A DNA stretch of 64,000 bases from an uncultured Candidatus Saccharibacteria bacterium (GCA_964361405.1 CAYIAA010000001.1:84917-148916), one strand, 5' to 3'; counted from the stretch's first letter, positions 40,332 to 51,335 are shown. Notes: generated from the sequence alone by a model not told the origin. Numbers and translations: made by a program.

Positions 40332-42053
40332 ATGTCGGATTCGGTAGAGAAGATTAAGGAGCGGCTCGGAATCGTGGATGTTGTATCGGGCTACTTGAAA
40401 CTCGAGCGAGCCGGGCAAAACTTCAAAGCACGCTGTCCATTCCACAACGAAAAGACACCGTCTTTTTTCGTCTCCCCATCACGGGGAACGTACCACTGTT
40501 TCGGCTGTAACCGCGGAGGAGACCAGTTTTCCTTTGTGGAGGAGGTTGAAGGTATTCCATTTCTCGAGGCGCTCAAGCTCTTAGCTGATCGAGCGGGGGT
40601 GACCTTAACGCACGAAGATCCCAAGCAAAAGACGGAGCGTGACCGAGCGCTTGCCGCTCTCACTGCCGCGACGGAATATTATGAGTCGCAGTTGGAAAGA
40701 AACACTAATGTCAAAAACTATCTCCAGGAGCGCGGACTCACCCCCGAGACCACTCGGTCGTTCAGACTTGGCTTCGCCCCGAGCGGCTGGAGGAATGTGA
40801 AAGAACGATTAGTCCAACTCGGATTCAAAGAAAACGATGTGGAGCGGGCAGGACTTATTATTCGTTCGCCGAAAGATGAAAAACAGACATATGACCGTTT
40901 TCGGAGCCGTATTATGTTTCCGATTGAAGACGGAAGCGGGAGGATTATAGGATTTTCCGGACGCATTTTTGGGTCTACGGATGAGAATGAAGCGAAGTAT
41001 ATTAATTCGCCGCAAAGTATCCTTTTCGACAAATCGAAGGCGCTCTACGGATATTCCCGGGCTAAAGATGAAATGCGCAAGGAGAACCGCGTCGTCTTGG
41101 TTGAAGGGCAAGTTGACGTACTTCTTTCCCATCAAGCGGGATTTAAGAATACCGTCGGTGTATCCGGTACGGCTCTCTCGCCCGAACATCTCCGCATGAT
41201 GAAGCGCATGACAGACAATTTGGTGACGGCATTCGACGGTGACACCGCTGGCGTTGCGGCAGGCACGCGAGCGTATAAGCTTGCAATTGAAGAAGGTTTT
41301 AACGTCACACTTGCCGAACTCCCAGAAGGTATGGATCCCGCTGACCTTGTCCTCCGCGACCCTTCTTTATGGCGGAAGGCGCTTCTCGAGGCGCGGCATG
41401 TGATTGAGGTTTACCTCGAAAGGATTTCAAGAGCTACCGATCGGCGGTCACAGGCCATCAGCCTCTCGCGCGAAGTTTTACCGCTTGTAGCTCGGATTCC
41501 GTCACAGAGCGAATCTGCGCATTTTATCCGTCTCGCGTCCTCGCTCCTTAACCTGAAAGAAGACGCGCTTTGGGAAGATTTGGAGAAAGTTCGCAGTACA
41601 ACTGGTGATGAGATTCCACCCGAGAGTTATGCACTTCCCAAGCGGACAAGAAAAGAAATGATTATGGAGAAAATTGCAGGCAGTCTGTTTTGGCAAGGAA
41701 AGATGACCGAAATCAAAAAGGCCCCAGATGAAGACCATGACGTTATGCGTTTTCGAACGCTCGTCGGAGAGGAAGCGTGGAAACGATTTTTGACATTGCC
41801 GAAAGATGACCGTGAACGTATGGCTTTTGAAGCTGAACTCTATTATGGTGGAGCAGGAGATCCAGGAAAGGTTATTCAAGATCTCCTCAATAACCTCGAA
41901 ATTGAAATGCTTCGCGACGAGCTTGTATCCTCGATTGAGCGCCTTCGAGCATCCGAGCGTGAAGACGATGAACGAGAAATAAAGAAGTATTTGGAACGGT
42001 GCCGGGATTTAAGTTCGCGGCTGTCAGCGATGAAAGAAGCTATCGAGGTATAA
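40332..42053 (+). CDS. dnaG: DNA primase
   Basis: Zinc-ribbon [11 protein letters not shown]...CFGC and TOPRIM (EGQVDVLS; DGDTAG). Confidence 0.85.
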   Translation: MSDSVEKIKERLGIVDVVSGYLKLERAGQNFKARCPFHNEKTPSFFVSPSRGTYHCFGCNRGGDQFSFVEEVEGIPFLEALKLLADRAGVTLTHEDPKQKTERDRALAALTAATEYYESQLERNTNVKNYLQERGLTPETTRSFRLGFAPSGWRNVKERLVQLGFKENDVERAGLIIRSPKDEKQTYDRFRSRIMFPIEDGSGRIIGFSGRIFGSTDENEAKYINSPQSILFDKSKALYGYSRAKDEMRKENRVVLVEGQVDVLLSHQAGFKNTVGVSGTALSPEHLRMMKRMTDNLVTAFDGDTAGVAAGTRAYKLAIEEGFNVTLAELPEGMDPADLVLRDPSLWRKALLEARHVIEVYLERISRATDRRSQAISLSREVLPLVARIPSQSESAHFIRLASSLLNLKEDALWEDLEKVRSTTGDEIPPESYALPKRTRKEMIMEKIAGSLFWQGKMTEIKKAPDEDHDVMRFRTLVGEEAWKRFLTLPKDDRERMAFEAELYYGGAGDPGKVIQDLLNNLEIEMLRDELVSSIERLRASEREDDEREIKKYLERCRDLSSRLSAMKEAIEV

Positions 42054-42063
42054 CATAAATCAC

Positions 42064-43311
42064 ATGTCCATAAAAAAGAGAGTTCAATCTAAGTCGCGAC
42101 GGCTCACCCGGAGAGCTCCCCACCGGGTATCGGTAAAGCCGAAGGGAGGGGGAGTACGACCGAAAACTTCCCCTTCGAAGACCCGTCCGGCACTTTCTCC
42201 ACAGGCAAAGGCGGCGAAGACGAGATCGGCTCGCTCGCTTGAACGGAAGGCGGAGGCACTCGTGACTCGGGGAAAGGAACGGGGATTCCTCACCTATGGG
42301 GAACTCTTGAAGGAATTTCCGGACATTGAATACAATTTACCCTTTCTCGACGAACTCTATGGACGCCTCGCCGAAGGGAATGTTGACGTTATCGAAGGGG
42401 GAGGATTACTTGATCTTGATCTCGAATCGCGGAAAGGGAAGGCGGGAGATGACTTGAGCGATCTCGAGCGCCCCCACGACCCCTCGCTCGATTCCGTGCA
42501 GATGTATTTAAAGGAGATCGGCCAGTATAAACTCATTGCCGCGAAAGACGAGCGAGAGCTTGCTCAACGCATTCAGCGTGGCGATGAAGAGGCAAGAGGC
42601 ACACTCGCAAAAGCAAACCTCCGCCTCGTGGTCTCAATTGCGAAGAAATATATCGGCCGGAGCTCGGACCTCACTCTTCTCGATTTGATTCAGGAAGGGA
42701 ACATTGGCCTTTTTAAGGCCGTCGAGAAGTTCGATTGGGAGAAGGGCTTCAAATTCTCAACGTATGCGACATGGTGGATTAGACAGGCAATTACGCGGGC
42801 ACTTGCGGACCAGAGCCGAACTATCCGGATTCCCGTTCACATGGTGGAAACGATCGCGAAATATAAGCAAGTGGTGCGGCGGCTGACGCAGGATTTGGGA
42901 CGTGACCCGCTTCCTGAAGAGGTCGCAATCGAGATGGGGCTCGACGTTGAGAAAATCCACCAAATAGGACAGATCAATCAAGGTACCGTTTCCCTCGAAA
43001 AACCGATCGGCGACGATGACGAGAAATCAACGCTCGGCGAATTTATTCCTGACGATAAAATCCTCTCACCGGATAATCAGAGCGCTCGGAGGATTCTTTC
43101 TGATCAAATTAAGGAGATTTTGAGCGATCTCTCGCTGAAGGAGCGAAAAATCCTCGAAATGCGTTACGGGCTTCATGACGGTATCATGCGAACTCTCGAA
43201 GAGGTCGGCAAGGAATTCGGAGTGACACGCGAGCGGATACGCCAGATCGAAGCGAAAGCCCACGAGAAGATCCGCCAGCACGAAAAGGTGAAGCGGCTTC
43301 TTAGCTATTAA
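42064..43311 (+). CDS. rpoD: RNA polymerase sigma-70 factor RpoD with basic (K/R-rich) N-terminal region in place of acidic region 1.1
   Basis: Regions 1.2-4.2 conserved ([11 protein letters not shown]; [10 protein letters not shown]; [11 protein letters not shown]; regions 3 and 4). The first about 60 aa are rich in K/R/S/P. Confidence 0.9.
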   Translation: MSIKKRVQSKSRRLTRRAPHRVSVKPKGGGVRPKTSPSKTRPALSPQAKAAKTRSARSLERKAEALVTRGKERGFLTYGELLKEFPDIEYNLPFLDELYGRLAEGNVDVIEGGGLLDLDLESRKGKAGDDLSDLERPHDPSLDSVQMYLKEIGQYKLIAAKDERELAQRIQRGDEEARGTLAKANLRLVVSIAKKYIGRSSDLTLLDLIQEGNIGLFKAVEKFDWEKGFKFSTYATWWIRQAITRALADQSRTIRIPVHMVETIAKYKQVVRRLTQDLGRDPLPEEVAIEMGLDVEKIHQIGQINQGTVSLEKPIGDDDEKSTLGEFIPDDKILSPDNQSARRILSDQIKEILSDLSLKERKILEMRYGLHDGIMRTLEEVGKEFGVTRERIRQIEAKAHEKIRQHEKVKRLLSY

Positions 43312-43314
43312 ACT

Positions 43315-44067
43315 ATGTTCTCTCCGGCGCTGTATGCTATCGGGAGTGTCATCCTCATATCGGCCGTGTCTTTCGTTGGACTCGGGACAATCGCGATGGG
43401 AGGGGAGAGGCTCAAAAAACTGGTTTTTATTTTGGTGTCCCTCGCCGCGGGGGGGCTGTTGGGCGACGCGTTCATCCATCTGATTCCCGAAGCATTTCTT
43501 TCCGGCGGTGACCCATCGCGGATCTCCCTCCTCGTACTTGCTGGAATACTTCTCTTTTTTATCTTGGAGAAAATCCTCCGCTGGCACCACTACCACGATA
43601 CGGAGGAAAGTATGCATACGACCAAGCACATCGGCCACATGAACTTGGTTTCCGATGGTATGCATAATTTTATTGATGGCCTTTTTATCGGAGTCTCATA
43701 CTTGGTAAGTGTTCCGGTCGGCATTGCGACGACGGTCGCGGTCTTTCTTCACGAGATTCCGCAGGAAATCGGCGACTTCGGCGTTCTTATTCACTCGGGC
43801 TATTCCACCTTCCGCGCGCTATTTTTGAATTTCTGCATAGCACTGTTTGCTCTTCTTGGTGTGATTATTGCGGTTATCGTTGGTCCTGCGGTTCAAGGAT
43901 TTTCCGAAGCCATCCTTCCTCTCACGGCAGGGACATTTATCTATATCGCCGCCTCTGACTTGGTACCCGAGCTCCACAAGATTTCCGATCCCAAAAAATC
44001 TCTCCTTCAACTTCTTTTTATGCTTATCGGAATCGGTATGATGTACGGACTCCTTCTCTTTGACTAG
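43315..44067 (+). CDS. zupT: ZIP family divalent metal transporter
   Basis: HEIPQEIGDF ZIP signature and multiple TM helices. Confidence 0.8.
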   Translation: MFSPALYAIGSVILISAVSFVGLGTIAMGGERLKKLVFILVSLAAGGLLGDAFIHLIPEAFLSGGDPSRISLLVLAGILLFFILEKILRWHHYHDTEESMHTTKHIGHMNLVSDGMHNFIDGLFIGVSYLVSVPVGIATTVAVFLHEIPQEIGDFGVLIHSGYSTFRALFLNFCIALFALLGVIIAVIVGPAVQGFSEAILPLTAGTFIYIAASDLVPELHKISDPKKSLLQLLFMLIGIGMMYGLLLFD

Positions 44068-44841
44068 ATGCGTCTCCTCTCGTGGAATATTAACGGCCTT
44101 CGATCATCGCACAAATCCGGCTTTCTCGACTGGCTCTACAATGATTCCCCGGACGTGCTCGCTCTTCAGGAAGTAAAAGCCGAAGCCGAGGATTTGCCCG
44201 ATGACCTCCGCACTCCGCGCGGGTATCATTCGTTCTTTTTCGCCGCCCGCATAAAAAAGGGGTATAGCGGCGTGGCACTTTATACGAAAGAGGAGCCGAA
44301 AGACATACGTTACGGTTTTGGTATTAAAAAATTCGACGAAGAGGGGAGGGTATTGACCGCCCGTTTCAAGGAATTCACGCTCGTCAACGCTTATTTTCCA
44401 AACAGCAGTCGAGAGGGGAAACTTAAGTATAAACTCGATTTTGATGATGCGTTTTTGGATTATATCGAAACGCTCCAAAAAAAAGGCGAGCGTATTGTTT
44501 TCTGCGGGGACATGAATGTTGCGCACGAGGATATCGATATCGCGCGGCCGAAAGAAAACGAGGGGAATGCGGGGTTTACCGTGGGTGAGCGCGCCTGGAT
44601 TGATGAAGTGGTCGCGCATGGCTATATCGACACCTTCCGATATTTCCATCCAGCGAAGCGCGACGCCTACAGCTGGTGGGACCTGAAATCGCGCGCCCGC
44701 GACCGGAATGTGGGCTGGCGGATAGACTATATCTTTATTACCCCAGACCTCCTCAAGCATTTGAAAAGTGCTTCAATTCTTTCTCACGTCATGAGCTCCG
44801 ACCACTGCCCGGTGGGAATCGAACTCGATTTTAAGAAATAA
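44068..44841 (+). CDS. xth: exodeoxyribonuclease III (AP endonuclease)
   Basis: MRLLSWNINGLRS N-terminus and C-terminal SDHCPV motif. Confidence 0.85.
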   Translation: MRLLSWNINGLRSSHKSGFLDWLYNDSPDVLALQEVKAEAEDLPDDLRTPRGYHSFFFAARIKKGYSGVALYTKEEPKDIRYGFGIKKFDEEGRVLTARFKEFTLVNAYFPNSSREGKLKYKLDFDDAFLDYIETLQKKGERIVFCGDMNVAHEDIDIARPKENEGNAGFTVGERAWIDEVVAHGYIDTFRYFHPAKRDAYSWWDLKSRARDRNVGWRIDYIFITPDLLKHLKSASILSHVMSSDHCPVGIELDFKK

Positions 44842-45241
44842 GTCGAGAAACAATAACTAGGCTGGTAATACCAGTCATAGCAACCTCAAAAAGAGGTGTC
44901 AGACCAACACCTAAAATAGTTGGCATTTCCTTCGCGTAGCTCCACCGCCCGCGGGTGAGGGAGATTTTTTCGTCAATGAATGAGAATGCGAGTGCCAGGG
45001 TTATAAAAGCGGTGAGTTGGAAGGGTTTCTCAAAGATGGCAGTGTTTTGGAATAAGAGGACTGTGATGCCATAGAAAGAGATAATCCAAAAGGCATCTTT
45101 TAAAGACATCACTGTGATGAGTTTTACGTATCGGTCGAGAGGCATTGTGTGGCACGTTTCATAGAGCCGGCTATGCCAGAGTTCCCAAAGGAGGTTTAGG
45201 AAAAAAGCGATGGCGAAAAGTATGAAAAGAAATTCGAGCAT
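44831..45241 (-). CDS. hypothetical membrane protein (136 aa)
   Basis: Several hydrophobic helices; converges on xth with an 11-nt overlap. Confidence 0.4.
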   Translation of the reverse strand: MLEFLFILFAIAFFLNLLWELWHSRLYETCHTMPLDRYVKLITVMSLKDAFWIISFYGITVLLFQNTAIFEKPFQLTAFITLALAFSFIDEKISLTRGRWSYAKEMPTILGVGLTPLFEVAMTGITSLVIVSRLIS

Positions 45242-45250
45242 TACTATCTG

Positions 45251-47887
45251 TTAGGCATATTCGGGACCGCAAATGTCCTTAACCGTCATCGCTTTTGCGA
45301 ATTCGACAAGAGCGAATTTTACGAGTCCCAGCCCTACGATGAGAAAGAGGTAGTAGGGCGGAAGCGGCACGGTGTGAAGAACGTCATTGAAGATCGGGAG
45401 ATAAATCGCGGCGAGCATCGCGATCATTCCGAAGATAACCGCGGTATTGAGATACGGGTTCCCGAAGATTGGAGATTTCAAGAGAGGATTGCGGAGCGAT
45501 TTGATGGCGAATGAGTAGAGGAGGGCGTCGATACCGATTGCGGCAAACATAACCGTCCGGATAACGTCGGGGGTAATGTTCGTTTTAAATACGAAGTAAG
45601 CGAATATCGCAACGAGGAACAGATCGGTGATGAGACCGATGGCAAAAATAATTATCTTTGACGTGCGGTCGAGTATCGGTTCATTTTTCGGTCGCGGGGG
45701 ACGTTCCATAACATCCCGTTCTCCCGGTTCAAATGCCATTGCAATCGAGGGAAAGCCGTCGTTGAGGAGATTAATATAGAGGATTTGGAGTGGAGCGAGG
45801 GGGAGCGGGGTGGCCGGGAAGAATATTTTCAGGACAAGCGATGAGAGAATAAGAATGATTTCGGTGAAGGACGTTGAGAGGAGGAAAACGGTAACTTTTC
45901 TGATGTTCTCGAATGAGATCCGTCCTTCTTCAACCGCGGCGACGATCGTCGAGAAACTGTCGTCGAGGATGACGATGCCGGAGGCCTCTTTTGCAACGTC
46001 AGTTCCGCTTCCGAGCGCAATGCCGACGTGCGCCTGTTTCAATGCCGGAGCGTCGTTGATGCCGTCTCCGGTCATCGCCACCACTTCGCCCTGCCGCTCT
46101 AGCGCTTGAACGATGCGCATTTTGTGCTCCGGCGTGACGCGGGCAAATATGTTGGTTTCTTTGAGTTCTTTTTCGAGCTCAAGATCGGAGAGTCGGTCAA
46201 GCTCGTCTCCACGAATGAGTGAATGCGATGTCGCGGGAAGGCCAAGTTCCCGCGCCACCGCAAGTGCAGTCATCGAATGATCGCCAGTCGCCATAATTAC
46301 CCGTATGCCCGCGCGGCGGGCCCGCTCAAGCGCACCTTTAACGTCAGGTCGCACCGGGTCGGAAATGACTACACATCCAAGGAAACAAAGGTCGGAAACG
46401 AGACCGAGGAGCCCTCCCTCATCTCTTCGTTCTTCATCTGTAAGTGTTTTCCTAAGCGTACGCACACCAAGAGCAATGACGCGGTATCCTTGTCGCGCCA
46501 GCTCTTCAGCATTCCGAGCAATTTCTTTCTGTCTTCCAGCGATGGAACGCGCCTTTCCGCCAAAGAAACACTCACTTGATCGACGGAGTATCTTTTCCGG
46601 CGCTCCGGAGACGTACACGTTGAGATCTTTTTTCTTTTGGTGGAAGGAGGCAAGGAACCCCCAGCTATTATCGAATGTCAGCATAGCGACCCTGGGCTCC
46701 TTCTCAAGAAGGAGGTCGAGCTTCCCGCCGCCCGAGAGAAAGTACTGCATTTTGGCCACATCCGTTGGGTCTCCATGGATGCGTACCTCCCGCTCACCGC
46801 GTTCAACGATTGCTTCATTTGCGAGCGCCATCGCAATACTCGCTTCATCCTCATTCCCGCTCTCCGTTATCACGCGCTCGACGTGCATCCTGCCTTCTGT
46901 CAACGTGCCGGTTTTATCGACGCAGATGACGGTGGCTGCGCCTAAGGTTTCCGTTGCGGTGAGTTCCCGAACGACCCCCCGTTTCCGTAAAATACGTTCG
47001 GCTCCGATAGCGAGCGCGATCGATATCGCAGCGGGGAGTCCCTCGGGGATGCCCGCGACCGAGAGAGCGATTGCCATCGAAAACATTTCAATGAGGGGGA
47101 GTCCCTGTAGCCGGCCGATGGTGAAAATGAGTATTGCCGAGAGGAGCACGGCAAGCGCGATAATCCGGCTCAGGGTCGTCATACCTGCCTTCAGCGGAGA
47201 GACGGCGTGAGCCGCCGCTTGCGTCAACGCGCTGATGCGGCCGATTTCGGTTAAGGCGCCGGTGTGTACCACGACTGCCAGCCCCTCTCCGCGCACGATG
47301 ACGCTCCCCATAAAGACCATGTTTCGTCTATCGGCAAGCGGAGCGTCTTCGTGGATTAAGAGCGTTTCCTTGACTATCGGCATTCCTTCTCCGGTGAGAC
47401 TTGCCTCATTCACAGAGAGGCTCTGCACTTCGATAATTCTTGCGTCTGCCGGTACCAAGGAACCGGCCTTTAAAATGATGACATCACCTGGAACAAGTGT
47501 GTGCGCATCAAGTTCATGCACCTCCCAATTGCGGCGCACAAATGCCCGCATGGGGACGATTCGTTTGAGCGCCTTGAGGATATTGCTCGAGCGATATTCT
47601 TGCCAGAAACCGACACCGATATTTATGACAACGGCAAGGGTAATGAATATCGCGTCTTCGAATGCCCCAAGCCAAAGCGTAAGAGAGGCTCCGATGAGGA
47701 GGATATAGACGAGCGGGCTTACGAGTTGTCGGAGGAGAAGTCGAAATGCTCCATCCTCTTTTCGCTCAGGCAAAATGTTACTGCCATAGCGTTTAAGACG
47801 CCGACTCGCTTCCTCATTTGAGAGTCCTTTTCCTTCATCACTCTCGAGCTCCGCGAGTGTTTTTGAAACTGTTTTATGATGCCACAT
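45251..47887 (-). CDS. cation-transporting P-type ATPase (P2-type, Ca2+/Mg2+-like)
   Basis: DKTGTLT phosphorylation motif, MTGDGINDAPAL hinge, P2-type N-terminus and 10 TM-like segments. Confidence 0.9.
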   Translation of the reverse strand: MWHHKTVSKTLAELESDEGKGLSNEEASRRLKRYGSNILPERKEDGAFRLLLRQLVSPLVYILLIGASLTLWLGAFEDAIFITLAVVINIGVGFWQEYRSSNILKALKRIVPMRAFVRRNWEVHELDAHTLVPGDVIILKAGSLVPADARIIEVQSLSVNEASLTGEGMPIVKETLLIHEDAPLADRRNMVFMGSVIVRGEGLAVVVHTGALTEIGRISALTQAAAHAVSPLKAGMTTLSRIIALAVLLSAILIFTIGRLQGLPLIEMFSMAIALSVAGIPEGLPAAISIALAIGAERILRKRGVVRELTATETLGAATVICVDKTGTLTEGRMHVERVITESGNEDEASIAMALANEAIVERGEREVRIHGDPTDVAKMQYFLSGGGKLDLLLEKEPRVAMLTFDNSWGFLASFHQKKKDLNVYVSGAPEKILRRSSECFFGGKARSIAGRQKEIARNAEELARQGYRVIALGVRTLRKTLTDEERRDEGGLLGLVSDLCFLGCVVISDPVRPDVKGALERARRAGIRVIMATGDHSMTALAVARELGLPATSHSLIRGDELDRLSDLELEKELKETNIFARVTPEHKMRIVQALERQGEVVAMTGDGINDAPALKQAHVGIALGSGTDVAKEASGIVILDDSFSTIVAAVEEGRISFENIRKVTVFLLSTSFTEIILILSSLVLKIFFPATPLPLAPLQILYINLLNDGFPSIAMAFEPGERDVMERPPRPKNEPILDRTSKIIIFAIGLITDLFLVAIFAYFVFKTNITPDVIRTVMFAAIGIDALLYSFAIKSLRNPLLKSPIFGNPYLNTAVIFGMIAMLAAIYLPIFNDVLHTVPLPPYYLFLIVGLGLVKFALVEFAKAMTVKDICGPEYA

Positions 47888-47997
47888 TCCCCTGTGTTTT
47901 AACTTCGTCCATACATTAAACCACGCTCGGATAAGAAAGAATACTTGGCTGCGCTTTTTTTGCTGGATTTCTGGTGATTTTTGTGGAAGAATCTTAA

Positions 47998-49323
47998 ATG
48001 AAACCTATGGCACCCGATCTCGACACTATTGTTTCCCTCGCCAAGCGGCGGGGTTTTGTATTTCCATCTTCTGAAATCTACGGTGGACTCGCGGGAGCAT
48101 GGGATTACGGCCCTTTTGGCAGCGAACTCAAATACAACATTGAACACCTCTGGTGGAAGCGGTTTGTCTCGGGTCGTGAGGATATGTACGGCATCAACTC
48201 CTCAATTTTAATGAATCCCAAGGTGTGGGAATCTGCCGGGCATGTTCAAGGGTTCGGCGACCCACTCATGACATGCGCAAATTGCAAGAACTCATTTCGG
48301 GCTGACGAATATGGTGATGGCGCTCCGGCTTTATGCTCTTTCTGCGGCGCTGACACGAAGTCTCTCTCGACACCCAGGGTGTTCAATACCATGTTTGCGA
48401 CGCATGTCGGGGTATCCAAGGACGAAGAGCACATAACATACCTTCGTCCCGAAACGGCGCAAGGGATGTTCGTGAATTTTAAAAACATACTGGATTCTCT
48501 GCATCCAAAACTTCCTTTTGGAATGGCACAAATCGGGAAAGCATTCAGAAATGAGATCGCGCCGCGGGATTTTCTCTTTCGCGCGCGTGAGTTCGGGCAA
48601 ATGGAGATAGAGTATTTCGTGAAAGAAGCGGAGTGGGAAAAGTGGTTTGAATACTGGCGAGGAGAGATGGTTGGGTGGATAGAGGAGATAGGTATTTCAA
48701 AAAACCGCTTTCATGAACGTGAAGTCTCCGACACTGACCGGGCGCATTACTCGAAACGCACGATTGATTTCGACTACGATTTTCCTTTTGGGAGGAAAGA
48801 ATTATACGGACTTGCGTATCGTGGCGATTACGACTTGCGCAAGCACGAGACGGGGAGCGGGGCGGATATGCGCTTCACGGACCCCGAGACAGGGGAGAAA
48901 TTCGTTCCTCATGTGATCGAACCTACATTCGGCGTGGACAGAACTGTTCTTGCCATTCTTTGCGAAGCGTATGCTGAAGAGGGTAGCGGCGAAGAGAAGC
49001 GTGTTGTTCTTCATTTTAAGCCCAAACTTGCTCCGGTTAAGATCGCAGTCTTTCCGCTCCTGCGGAATAAACCAGAGCTCGTTACGGGAGCTCGAGAGGT
49101 ATTTCAGGCGCTTAAAGGTATGTTCCCATCAACCCTTTGGGATGACAATGGCAATATTGGGAAACGTTATCGAAGACAAGACGAACTCGGGACCCCATAC
49201 TGTGTGACTTTTGACTTCGAATCAATAGAGGACAAAGCTGTTACAGTCCGCGACCGCGACACGATGGAACAAGAAAGGATTAAGGTGGAGGAGCTTCCCG
49301 CCTACCTTTCTGAGAAATTCTAA
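47998..49323 (+). CDS. glyQS: glycine--tRNA ligase (homodimeric alpha2 type)
   Basis: N-terminus RRGFVFPSSEIYGGLAGAWDYGPFG and class II motifs. Confidence 0.9.
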   Translation: MKPMAPDLDTIVSLAKRRGFVFPSSEIYGGLAGAWDYGPFGSELKYNIEHLWWKRFVSGREDMYGINSSILMNPKVWESAGHVQGFGDPLMTCANCKNSFRADEYGDGAPALCSFCGADTKSLSTPRVFNTMFATHVGVSKDEEHITYLRPETAQGMFVNFKNILDSLHPKLPFGMAQIGKAFRNEIAPRDFLFRAREFGQMEIEYFVKEAEWEKWFEYWRGEMVGWIEEIGISKNRFHEREVSDTDRAHYSKRTIDFDYDFPFGRKELYGLAYRGDYDLRKHETGSGADMRFTDPETGEKFVPHVIEPTFGVDRTVLAILCEAYAEEGSGEEKRVVLHFKPKLAPVKIAVFPLLRNKPELVTGAREVFQALKGMFPSTLWDDNGNIGKRYRRQDELGTPYCVTFDFESIEDKAVTVRDRDTMEQERIKVEELPAYLSEKF

Positions 49324-50111
49324 ATAAAAGCGGCAAGTACGGTGAGCAGGCCGAAGCCGATAATAAAATAGCTGAAATTGACGCGGTGCGCGACCTTGAG
49401 AAGGACGTGTATGCTTGCGATTCCCGTCACGAAAGCTGTGGCAAGGCCTATCAATGAATCTGCCGTGAACGCCGCAACGTTGGTGTTTAAAATGATATTT
49501 CCGCCTAAGACAGCAGGGAGACTCATGAGGAAACTTATCCGCAAAGCTTCTTCTTTTCCAACACCCCGGAAGATGAGTGCTGCAAGGGTAAATCCCGAGC
49601 GTGAAAATCCCGGAATTACGGCAAGCCCCTGCGCAAACCCAGTGATAACCGCGTCTGCCACACTCGTTCCCGAGGCGGTTTTTTTTCCGAAGTAATTCTT
49701 ATTTCTCTGGATAAGACCGGTCACGATAAGCAGGGTGCCGATTATTCCGGTCAAGAGTTGCGCCGAAACGAGCTTTGTTTCGATTTTTCCGATGCCCCAG
49801 TAGATGCCGAGCCCGAGTATTCCGGAAACAAAAGTCGAGAAAAAGAGAAATACAAGGAGCGCTCGGCCTCGGGAGTCGGTATGCTTAAAGTTATATGCGC
49901 TTTGTATGATAAGGAGAACATCCTTTCGCAAATAAACAAGAGCGGCCAAAAATGTTCCGGCGTGGAGGAAAAGCCCCTCTCGGATGATTGTCGTAAGAGT
50001 CGCCTCTTCTCCGAAAACACGCGTTTTCACGAGAATGAGTAACGACTTCGAGCTTATAGGGAGCCATTCCGTAAGCCCCTGAATTATCCCCAGTACGAAT
50101 CCCTCTATCAT
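49320..50111 (-). CDS. uppP: undecaprenyl-diphosphatase
   Basis: GLTEWLPISSKSLLIL BacA/UppP signature. Converges on glyQS with a 4-nt overlap. Confidence 0.85.
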   Translation of the reverse strand: MIEGFVLGIIQGLTEWLPISSKSLLILVKTRVFGEEATLTTIIREGLFLHAGTFLAALVYLRKDVLLIIQSAYNFKHTDSRGRALLVFLFFSTFVSGILGLGIYWGIGKIETKLVSAQLLTGIIGTLLIVTGLIQRNKNYFGKKTASGTSVADAVITGFAQGLAVIPGFSRSGFTLAALIFRGVGKEEALRISFLMSLPAVLGGNIILNTNVAAFTADSLIGLATAFVTGIASIHVLLKVAHRVNFSYFIIGFGLLTVLAAFI

Positions 50112-50135
50112 TTTATTGTGAACTATAGCACGGAA

Positions 50136-50173
50136 CGTAAAGAAGAAGCCCCGTCGATATTCGCCGGGGCTTC
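50136..50173 (-). terminator. hairpin (gaagccccg / cggggcttc) with T-rich tail on the minus strand, between the small gene and uppP
   Basis: 9-bp GC-rich stem with 11-nt loop; minus-strand downstream ttctttacg. Confidence 0.35.
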
Positions 50174-50196
50174 TTAGCCGGAGATTCTAGGGGAAC

Positions 50197-50403
50197 TTAT
50201 GTTCTCCAGTTGATGTTGTGGAGCTTGCAGAGACTCCGTACTATGTGACGTTGGAGAACCATTTTTTCTCCAACGTAGTCGAGGCAATCAATGCCCACAA
50301 GGTCTTTTTCTTTGGCTTCAGCAATGTGCCCGATGATCTCAATGACAATCTTATCCTGCTTACGCTTATGGTCGGCTTCGGTGTACATGTCTCTCTTTTC
50401 CAC
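50197..50403 (-). CDS. small hypothetical protein (68 aa) with strong expression signals
   Basis: GTG start preceded by AGGAGG (6-nt spacer) and a near-consensus promoter upstream. No family recognised. Confidence 0.55.
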   Translation of the reverse strand: MEKRDMYTEADHKRKQDKIVIEIIGHIAEAKEKDLVGIDCLDYVGEKMVLQRHIVRSLCKLHNINWRT

Positions 50404-50435
50404 CGTATACCTCCTATCGTTTCGAATCTAGAAAA

Positions 50436-50464
50436 ACTATATTTATTATGTATATCTTTGTCAA
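50436..50464 (-). promoter_or_regulatory. near-consensus sigma70 promoter (TTGACA-17-TATAGT) driving the 68-aa gene
   Basis: Minus strand reads TTGACA aagatatacataataaa TATAGT, then about 25 nt to AGGAGG and GTG. Confidence 0.5.
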
Positions 50465-50669
50465 TATATTTGATCTATTTCGTAAAAAAAGTGCCGTACC
50501 CGAAGATCGTGCGCTTTATTTTATTGAAGCTCGCCTTTTTGCTTGGATTTTCCTAGCTTATAGCGCCCACTTCTCTATGATGCACAAGATGAGCTTCGGT
50601 ATGGGAAAGAACACGAAGAGAGTGGGGTTCCCCGAGGTTAAATCTTGGGGACGAGATGAAAAGTCAATA

Positions 50670-50722
50670 AGAAAAAACCCGCCGTTCGTTTCGCTTCGTG
50701 CGGAACTACTAGGCGGGTTGTT
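50670..50722 (-). terminator. rho-independent terminator for the 183-aa gene (bidirectional shape: A-run/stem/T-run)
   Basis: aacccgcc...ggcgggtt 8-bp stem. The minus strand follows with ttttttc directly after the gene stop at 50743. Confidence 0.55.
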
Positions 50723-50742
50723 TAACTCATTGCGGCTCTGGG

Positions 50743-51294
50743 TTACGCCGCGAGAGTTTCCAGGTTGTCGATGATGCCAATCATCCGGCCGGTGTGCGAG
50801 GTCATAAACTTTCGGGCTTGTTCCGAGACGACATCGTAGGCGTTCAGGTGCTCCATTCCGGGGTGTCCCCAACCGCCCTTCATCTCATCCTTTCCCAGTC
50901 GCCAGTAGTTGACTGGATGGGTGAAAAGGCCGTGGATGTTGCCCAGAAAAACCTTGCTATCCGTGACCGTCTCGCCGCGCTTGGTGCGATTCCAGCCGTG
51001 CTCGCTCCGTCCAGCATTCTTGAAGTGCTTCTCGAGCATTCGTAGCTCCTGAAGCACCCCGCGGTACTGGCCGTAGTCGACCTCCTCGAATGCTAGGATG
51101 AGATCGCCGATTCCGCGATCGTGCCACCTCGACACAGTGTTGAAGAAGTAGACGATCTCGGTGAGCGGGTCACTCGATTTTGATGAACGTTCAAGAGCCT
51201 GACGGAGTTGTTGGAATTCTGGCTTCAGCGCAGTGAGATTGTGCTCCGGCTTGGTGAAAATTGCCTTCACTCGCTTTCTGATACTCATGACCAA
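50743..51294 (-). CDS. hypothetical protein (183 aa), His/Trp-rich, possibly a helical-bundle metalloprotein
   Basis: Own promoter (TTGACA), SD AAGGA and terminator. No confident domain assignment. Confidence 0.6.
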   Translation of the reverse strand: MVMSIRKRVKAIFTKPEHNLTALKPEFQQLRQALERSSKSSDPLTEIVYFFNTVSRWHDRGIGDLILAFEEVDYGQYRGVLQELRMLEKHFKNAGRSEHGWNRTKRGETVTDSKVFLGNIHGLFTHPVNYWRLGKDEMKGGWGHPGMEHLNAYDVVSEQARKFMTSHTGRMIGIIDNLETLAA

Positions 51295-51335
51295 TTCCTT
51301 TTTTGCAAAGAACTAACTATCAATCCACTGTTTAA

